Part shown: positions 55,258 to 64,000 of the stretch, piece by piece
Layout of the letters: each line of letters opens with the position of its first letter
Position numbering within the stretch: the stretch's first letter is position 1
Assembly: GCA_951406725.2 (NCBI GenBank)
Contig: OX597815.1
Coordinates: 82,522,001-82,586,000, forward strand
Direction of reading: 5' to 3'
DNA from: Octopus vulgaris
Taxonomy: Eukaryota
Length of the DNA stretch: 64,000 nucleotides
The notes under the pieces: generated by a model
Databases searched by the model: none
Told to the model about the DNA's origin: nothing
The model's input: only the letters and a program-made list of their open reading frames with translations
Program-made: the position numbers and the translations under genes

Positions 55258-55435
55258 GTATGTATACATACGCACACACACACACACATATACACACATA
55301 TACATACATGCACGCACATTTTCTCAATTTGATATTTACCTAATGTAGTAAATAAACTTACTTCACTGAACGGAAATGGCAATTCAAAGAAACAATTCGC
55401 ATAACTAATAGCAGCAGGAGCAATAATAGTAGCAA

Positions 55436-55499
<64 letters not shown>

Positions 55500-58485
55500 A
55501 GTGGCAGCAGCAGCAGCAGCAGCAGCAGCAACAACATCAGCAACTCTAAAATTATTCGTGACGATTATGATGTCGATTACTGTAACAACAACAACAACAA
55601 CAACAAAATGTAAAAAAAATTAAAAGAAATAAAACAAAACATGAAAATATATTAATATACTACAAAATATATATATATATAGATTGATATATGAGAAAGT
55701 GGGGAAAGTGGTAATATATTTCAGATTAACGTAAACAATATAATGTGACAAATTATAACCCACTCAATTAATGCGATGTGGATATAGCTTAGAGTTGAGT
55801 AATTAATAGAGTCTGTTTCCGGGACGGAAAATATGTAAGTTATTTGTAATTCTCTACCACATCTATCTCTCTCTTTACTATCACTTTCTCTTATTCTATA
55901 TGTACCACTATACTTCTTTATCACTTTCTCTCTTTCCTTGTACTATTTCTCTTGCCTAGCAGAGATATCGTTCTATTGGCTTTTCTCTTCGTCTCCAAAC
56001 AATCTCTCCACGCTTCCTCTCTTCCCCTCCCTTTCTCTCTCTTCATCTTCATCATTTTTCTTCCTGATATTTTCTGCTATCTCTCTCTCTCTCCATCTCC
56101 CTCTCACTTGCTATTTCATCACCAGTTCCCAACCGTTTTTCACCTTTTGCTCTCTCCTTTTTCCATCAGCCTCATCAACATTCTGTTTTCTCCTTTGCTC
56201 TTCTGCTCTCTCTCCCTCTCTCGCTCTCCTCTCTCTCTATTTCTCTCCCCTTCTCTCTCTTCATATTTTCTCTGTGTCATTCTCTTCTGCTTTCTACTTC
56301 TCTAAACATTTAAAATCATTAATCCGAGTCATTCCTTAGCTTTCCAAAGTTGTTTATCAAAAATGAAGCAATGACATTTGGTGTAAAATAAACATAATGA
56401 AAATGTTAGAATATTATGATGAACGTCATAGCGAGATAATGAAATTTTTATATACACGCACCTATGTATGTATATAAATATATGTGTGTGTATGAATATC
56501 TATGTGTATATATATGTGCGTGGGCTTGCATGGGTGCGTGCATGTGTGTGTCTTAACTCTGGACAATAAGCATGTCTTCTCTTCTCATAATGTCATGACA
56601 ACTCTGGAGAATTATTGAAATTTGAGATTATCTCCCCTTCTTAAGTGGAGCTGGTCTTCATTGCGAGTTAGTAATTTAGATAAATCGTTTAAAGTCGGAG
56701 AACATTTTAATAAATAAAGAATTTATCTTGTATAGTATTTGATATAATTGTATTTGTCTGACATTTAAGTACATGCTGCTGACGATTTTGAGTGATTTCT
56801 CTGAGCATATTTCTGTATATATATATATATATATATAACTGTCGATGCAAAAGGAGAAAGAGGGTTAAAGTTAGAAGATTAGTGATGAGTTGTGTAAAAC
56901 GATGAGACATAAGAACACACAAAACGACTTCGTAAAAATATAAGTAGTTAGGCGAAATCGTAATAAAAATTAAGAAAAAAACTTTTCATGTCTGCAAAGT
57001 GTAACGTTGCAAAGGAGATAAAGTTATAACTCGAAGTTGATAACTACCATATCATTTTTAATTTTCTGAATATTGAACAACACAATGTAGTATATATTTT
57101 TACCCGAGTCACTCATTTGGAGTACATAATTGCAAATTCATGGAGTGTCTAAATGTGCTTAACATCTTTGATCGTTCGTTTAAAACATTCATGGCTTTAA
57201 ATGATATAAATGGTTGTTGCATGAATTTTTGCAACTTAATTTTGAATGAAAAATTGCAATTGATATATATGTGATAGCGTGACCCAGAAATGAATTCTGA
57301 ATTTTAAATAGATCCAATGCTGCTCCTTTTAAAAACCAAATGTATTTGTGAAGGCTTGTGGAAAATTTTTTCTTGGTTTGTTGAATGTAGTAATAAGCTG
57401 ATAAAAGGTTGCTTAAAGTCATTCACAATTAATTCAATACAATTTTTTTACACTGCTCTTGTCTCAGTTTTCTAAAAGACAATTAACTTTAAAAAGTCAA
57501 TAGATTGGAGCATGTACAAATCAATATTGTGATATCATATTTTCTAATTATTTTTATAATTATACCCAATTACCTAACAATTATTTTGATGAAATTTTAT
57601 ATCAAATTTAATTTAATTTTAATATAATTTAATATCCATATATTAACTTTATATAAATACTTCCTGTCCGTATGAGTTAATATTACATATTAAGCAAGAC
57701 TGGCAAAATTAGTAGAGCAACAAACTATTTAGCAGTAATTAGGTATTAATCCGCTAGTGTTCATGTATACGTAGTTCCAATTCTATTGAAGTCAAACTTT
57801 ACATTTTTGTGAGATTGATAAAGTACAGGTCAATTACGAGATCAATGTAATGAATTACACCCCTACTCAATATATTTATTAAGTTATTTATTAAGGGGTA
57901 TTGTAATTGGTAGAGCATCGGACAAATATCACACGGAATTGAATTACTGTTCTTCTCTGTTTTCGAACCCACCTTGTCTTTCGTCTCTACTGAATCGATA
58001 CAATATAAATTTATAAATATAAATATACGTGAAATAATGACAGTGCTAAAAATACAATATATATATATGTACGCACGTATGTATGTATGTATGTATGTAT
58101 GTATGTATGTATGTATGTATGTATGTATGTATATGTATATATACGAGCAAAACGTTCCCCGTCCAATGGACGGTGCTGCGTTGTCAATCATTTAAACCAA
58201 ATTTTCTCAATACAACTTGCCCGACTGTCCCATAGAGCCCCCATCCTTTGAGAAACACTGATTTAACCTAAAGACACGAAATGCCACTAAACATTTTGCC
58301 GGGCGTGCTAAGGATTCTGCTATCTCGTCGCCTTCTATATAATATAGTTTATTTTAATAGCCTACTAATGTATACAGTGAGTTTCCTTTCCCTAGGTGTC
58401 GAGAAGACATTCGGCAAGAATGGGAAACAAAATATTAATAACAACAACAATAATAATAATAGTAATAACAACAGTAATAATAATG

Positions 58486-58520
<35 letters not shown>

Positions 58521-58874
58521 TTTTTCTCCTATTGTCCATTAATTCTTCCCTTTTTATTTCAATTTTATTTCTGCTACTCACTTTTCTTAATCTTTTTTTC
58601 TCTTACTTCTCTCTTTCTCCACCCACCCTCCGTTTTCTCCCTGTTATCCTTTTTTTATCTGGCTTTCTCTCCACCATCACGGCTATGGCTACAAATACTT
58701 TATATAAACTTGCTTGAATTTCCTGTGTATCTACAGGTTAAATCTCAGAATAAAAGAAACTTACTCGACCGAAATAAAAATACGAGGCACTGTTCCTATG
58801 TTATACTTTAATTTAAGGCTCATAATTTCTCATTGAATCAACAAATCGTATTGATCATTTCTATTCACAAATTC

Positions 58875-59297
58875 AGGCGGCGAGTTGGTAGAATCACCGG
58901 ACAAAATGCTTGGCGGCATTTCCTCTGGGTTCAAATGCTGCCGAGGCTGACTTCGCTTTTAATCTTATCGGGGTCGATGAAATAAGTACCAGTATAGCAC
59001 AGGGGTGAATGTAATCGACTATCACCTACCCGAAAATTTCAGGCTTTGTGCCTTTAGTAGAAATGATTATTACTTTCAAATTAAGGCTGTGAGCTGGAAG
59101 AATTATTAACTCACCGGACAAAAGGCTTAGCGGCATTTCATTCATCTTTACGTTCTGGGTTGAAATGCTGCCGAAGCCGGCTATGTCTTTCATCCTTTGG
59201 GATCAACAAAATAAGAACCACTTAAACATTCTGGATCATGTAATCGGCTTACCATCACCCCTAAAATTGCTGGCTTTGTGCCAAAATTTGAGACCAA
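58875..59297 (+). mobile_element. Two tandem Meta/MESC-like SINEs with different tails
   Basis: 58875-59068 ends GCTTTGTGCCTTTAGTAGAAATGATTATT. 59083-59297 ends GCTTTGTGCCAAAATTTGAGACCAAT. Confidence 0.75.
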
Positions 59298-61131
59298 TAC
59301 TACTTTGAAAATGTAGAAGCAAAATATAATAATAAATTGAAATAATTTATTGCTGTTGTTGGAGTTGTCTATTTCGAAGTTAATTTTGAATGAGTCTAGA
59401 AATTTATATCCAATAGTATTTCCTGTGTAACCAATCGGTATAGTTTTGTGAAAAATACTTTTCTCTTGGATAGTCTATCGGGTGTTCTTCTTTTTGAATT
59501 TGGTAAGAGAAGAATTTAAGGACAGAATTAGCAATTTCTAATAGGTCAAGGAAACAAGGTGGCGTCATATGTGAATTAAGACGCTAGGATAAATATTTAA
59601 GTATTGTATGCAAGTACTCAATATTTTGCATTTGCAATTTATAAGTTACATTTTCGCATGCTAGATAATGCAAAAGTGATATAATATGCATAAGCTTTAC
59701 AGACATCTCAACTTATAACTACTAAAGAATTACAAAACCGACTCCAAATGATGTTAATGTTAAACTAAAGTATTTGGAATTAATCTCGTTACACTGGACA
59801 GTGCATATGACTCTGGAAGGTGTTAGATCTGATTATTCTCTAATCCTCAAGGTTATATTCTTTGTCGAACTCTGTTTCTCCTCTACATCACCGATCTTCC
59901 TGCCAATGTTTTTCAATTCATCAATATTTAAGCTGATGATACTACTCTTTATTTTGGTTTTGCTGGAAATCTACCTCCCTTGAAGCAGTTGTAATTTGCT
60001 GCTAGCAGCCAGCTGTTAAGAAATAGGATAAGAAATTGCTAGCAACTTTCAACCTTAGCAAGACCCAATCATGTCTTTCAGTAGGAAGCGGGATCCCTAT
60101 CTTGCTCCCATTTGCATGAGCTACAGACCTGAACTATCACATGGTGAGACAGTCAACTATGAGAAGAAAGGATTTCTTTGAAATAGCTTGGTCTTAATTT
60201 CTCACTCGATCTTATTCGGATTCCCACATACAATCAATTGGTAGGTCTGCTTTCCAGTAATGTGGAGTCATTGTATACCAAAGGACTAGCTCACACTCGA
60301 GGCTATTATGTATCTTTACACGCCCGCAATTCGTCCTTGTATGGTATACTGTTGTTATGTTTGGGCAGCTGCACTATCCTGTCACTTCGATCTCTTTGGA
60401 GTTCAGAAATGAATCTCTAAATTGGTTGTCCCCTCTTTTGCTTCAACTCTGCAGCCCTTGTCACTTCGACGTGACGTTGCCAGTCTTAGTCATTTTTTTT
60501 ATAGTTATTACCACAGGAAGTGTTCAGACGAACTTATTTCTTTGTTTCAGATCTCCTCCGTGTGACATCTCTCCTGATTCGAAGCTCACAGCGTCTTCAT
60601 CGAAATGTTGTTGTTTTTCACGAATAAAGTAGTTTTCCTACGGTCGTAGATTTCCATTCGAACTATCAGACTTTAGAACTCTCTTCCATCTCATTGTTTT
60701 CCTCCTTCTTTTCACCTGAACCTCTTTCAAGTAAATTTATTCCATTCGCCTTAATTTCTCCTTCTTTATACTCCCTTACACTAAGTGGCTTCTCGCCTTG
60801 TTTGAGGCTTTCTTATATAAATATACATATGTATATGTGTGCGTGCGTGTGTGTGTGCGCGCGCGCGGATTAAAGTGCGTGTATATGTGTTTCTATTTGT
60901 GTTTGTGTGTGTGTTTGTGTGCGCGCGTGTGTGTACATATATGAATATATATAATCCTATGCACATAGTTCTTTCTCCTTCCTTCACACTTGTATACACG
61001 CGCACGCACTCATTGTATTTAAATTTTTATGCACTCCTCTGTACCTACGTACACGCACCTAGTTTCCGATGTTTTTGTATATCTTCCTCTTTCTCCATTC
61101 TGACATTTTGCATTTTGCCTGCTTATGTATA

Positions 61132-61134
<3 letters not shown>

Positions 61135-61214
<80 letters not shown>

Positions 61215-61287
61215 GTATGTATATATACATACGTATATATATATATACACACATATATATATATATATATGTATATATATATGTATA

Positions 61288-61332
<45 letters not shown>

Positions 61333-61440
61333 ATATATATATATGTATATATATATGTATATATATGTATATATATATGTATGTATATATATATATACAT
61401 ATACATATATATGTATGTATATATATATATATATGTACAT
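61135..61440. repeat. Representative compound (TA)n/(TG)n microsatellite, one of dozens in the window
   Basis: Directly visible. Similar tracts at ~2700-3470, 17100-17310, 28330-28900, 31240-31640, 32450-32585, 43440-43975, 47330-47950, 48185-48335 and 62020-62255. Confidence 0.97.
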
Positions 61441-62119
61441 ATACGTGCATATATGTACAGATATGTGTAAACATATACTTGTGTGTATGTACGTATGTGT
61501 GTGTGTAGGCGCGTGCGGTTGTGTGCGTGTGCATGCATGTGTGTATGTACGTATGCGTGCGTGTTTGTGTGTTGTGTGTGTGTACGCTCCTATCGTTTTC
61601 TTTGCCAGTACCCTGGCACATATAGCTTTCCCTCACTACTAATGTCCTCCATGTCAGAAAATTTTATCCCGTCATTATATTCCCTTACTAACTACAACAT
61701 TGCCTCTTACATATCATAGCGCACCTCACCCTACCACAGAAGAGTACTTACAGTATTATGCAAAGGGTCTAGGTAATATTCGTAAATAGGTAGGATGATG
61801 TAAGAACATAACCGCCTGTTGTTGTATGGATGTTAAGGTGTCAAACCAAACACACTGCATTTCTGCCGACTTAATGGACGAACAGCTTGCTACCTGATAT
61901 CCCCTTCCAACATTTTCTAACTTTTATTTCTATACTCTTTTCTTGTTCCGTCGTCCTTTTCCTATCCACCATTTTTTCTCTCATTCTAATAGCCGAACTT
62001 TTCGTCCTAGGTTTTCGCAATGTATGTATGTATGTATGTATGTATGTATGTATGTATGTATGTATGTATGTATGTATGTATGTATGTATGTATTTATGTA
62101 TGTATGTATGTATGTATGC

Positions 62120-62193
<74 letters not shown>

Positions 62194-62200
62194 GTATATA

Positions 62201-62257
<57 letters not shown>

Positions 62258-62282
62258 TTTATTTTAAGCAGCAGAAAATTCA

Positions 62283-62334
62283 GCAAAATCTGTTACTCTG
62301 AGTTTCTCGTTGCCGTTCATCAGACAGTTTTTGC
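62283..62334 (-). ncRNA. Mirror-image hammerhead motif on the opposite strand
   Basis: Left arm of the palindrome, with an identical core on the minus strand. Confidence 0.65.
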
Positions 62335-62343
62335 TAGATTCTA

Positions 62344-62395
62344 GCAAAAACTGTCTGATGAACGGCAACGAGAAACTCAGAGTAACAGATTTTGT
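62344..62395 (+). ncRNA. Minimal type I hammerhead ribozyme motif (Penelope-type)
   Basis: Stem I GCAAAAACTGT/ACAGATTTTGT; core CTGATGA (62355-61); stem II CG-GCAA-CG with an A.A closing mismatch; GAAA (62372-75); palindromic stem III ACTC-A-GAGT; GUA cleavage triplet (62382-84). Confidence 0.65.
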
Positions 62396-62490
62396 TGAAT
62401 TTTCTGCTGCTTAAAATAAAGCATATTACTCTACCACTGTTATTTGAGTACTCTTTTTTCCACCTTGTTTCACATTTATGTGTTTACTCC

Positions 62491-62584
<94 letters not shown>

Positions 62585-62810
62585 TGTGTATGTATGATTG
62601 TGTGTATATATCTGTCTGTCTGCATGTATGCATATAAATGGCTAGGAAAATATGTGAATTTAGAGAATTGAGCGACTACTAAGGAAAGCTCCTTTTTCCG
62701 AAGAAAGCAACATCATTTTTTTCAGCTTCTATCTGGCACCTCGAGCAGACTATAGCCTTGTTAGTACGTAGGTATTTATCTATCTATCTGTCTGTCTATC
62801 TATCTGTCTG

Positions 62811-62891
<81 letters not shown>

Positions 62892-63524
62892 GAATCAGTG
62901 TGTGTATGTGTGTGTGCGCGTATACGTGTATGTGTTTGCTTTCCTCTTTGTTCTCCACCGGTGCTTGCTTAGAGGTTCAGCAAAAACTCGATCGAGAGAA
63001 TAAGTACCAGGCTTAAAAAATCATTACCGGGGCTCGTTTCATTCGACATGCAAAAATAAAAAAATAAAGGCCGCAGTCTAATGACCGAAACAAGTAAGTT
63101 ATAAAACATTTCGGTGCTGCAGCATGGCCGCAGTCAAATGACTAAACTAGTAAAAGAATAATTTTGTGTGTATATAGAATTGAACTGCATGTTATTTTTG
63201 TTAGCCCATTTGTAGATTTTATTCAGGTCTTTCTGCAGTTTTATGATGTCCTCTGGGTTCCTAACTAATAGTATATATGTATATTATTGTTGTTATTATG
63301 TTAAGCTGTCCTATGTCCAAATGCGTTTTCTTCAATATTTATTGTTGCTTGTAATAGACGGTTCTTTGGGTTAAACTCTCGTATCTCCAGCTTCTTCAGA
63401 TGCCAAGTTATGAAAAATTGTCAAAGTGTAATGCAAAGGTTTTGCTATGGAATGTTGAAACTATTTTTCCTTTTTCTGAAAACGCAACCGTTTGGACTTA
63501 CGGCACTTTTACATAATAGCAATG

Positions 63525-64000
63525 ATATGTATAAAATTAATATCAATAGCAGTTTACAATGTTTCACCAAAAAGGAAAATTACAAATGTTACTAAATGCG
63601 AATAGGGTGTTAGAAAACACATATTGCTAGAAATAAGAGGTAAAACGCTCTAATGCTGTAGTTAACGCACATGAATAAAAGTATATACACTAAAAGGGAC
63701 CATAATCCTCCGAAAAGGAATGCATAATAATGACATGTCAGTTCCGGCAATTTCCGTCGCCTCATCATTGAAGCCAGCTCGCCTTCGGTCCTTTTTGGAC
63801 TCGCTTCGCCATTAGTATTTATGCTTCCGTCAACAAAATAATTGGATGATTTAGTGATTTGCTAATGTGTATATATAAAATTAATATGAACAACAGTTTG
63901 CAATGTTTCAATATAAAAGACAGTTAAAAATACCACTAAATGCGACTAGGGTGTTAAACAATACCTACAGTGCTAGCAATAAGAGTTAAAACATTCTAAT
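63525..64000. repeat. Diverged tandem duplication, period ~340 bp, cut by the window end
   Basis: TATAAAATTAATAT..CAGTTT.CAATGTTTCA..ACTAAATGCGA.TAGGGTGTTA..TGCTAG.AATAAGAG.TAAAAC at ~63530-63653 and ~63874-64000. Confidence 0.85.

Larger units (their letters stand above)
62257..62421. repeat. Near-perfect 165-bp palindrome (82-bp arms, one mismatch, 1-nt centre at 62339)
   Basis: CTTTATTTTAAGCAGCAG...TTTTTGCTAGA-T-TCTAGCAAAAA...CTGCTGCTTAAAATAAAG. The only mismatch is G62283/T62395. Confidence 0.97.

Noticed and set aside
58197-58260. hAT/Charlie-like TIR TTTGAGAAACACTG
   Set aside because: Only one convincing end and no TSD.
59960-60700. Higher-complexity islands (also 26750-27180, 39660-40250 and 49550-50050) as exons
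   Set aside because: No sustained ORF or recognisable motif. Probably old TE debris, but unclassifiable by eye.

Overview
Eukaryotic, AT-rich, repeat-saturated non-coding window. The SINE families and the very high (TA)n/(CA)n/(TATC)n/(ATT)n density suggest an octopus-like cephalopod; this is inference only. No host protein-coding gene can be called confidently, and nearly all short ORFs in the track are microsatellite read-throughs. The only long intact ORF (4900-7569, minus) belongs to a young, 5'-truncated R4/Dong-clade non-LTR retrotransposon (RT, CCHC knuckle, restriction-like endonuclease) sitting in a (TAA)n tract. Three older R4/Dong fragments nearby form head-to-tail stacks. Two related Tx1/L1-clade LINEs sit in different microsatellites, (ATT)n at 7.7-9.4 kb and (CTAT)n at 51.8-53.4 kb. 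Also present: many tRNA-derived SINEs with interchangeable 3' tails (one matching the Tx1 3' end, one matching a CR1-like 3' end), non-autonomous Helitrons, mariner/Tc1/hAT relics, and a CACT-ended element that splits a mariner catalytic motif. Several Penelope-type minimal hammerhead ribozyme motifs occur as fold-back pairs, including a near-perfect 165-bp palindrome at 62.3 kb with a hammerhead on each strand.
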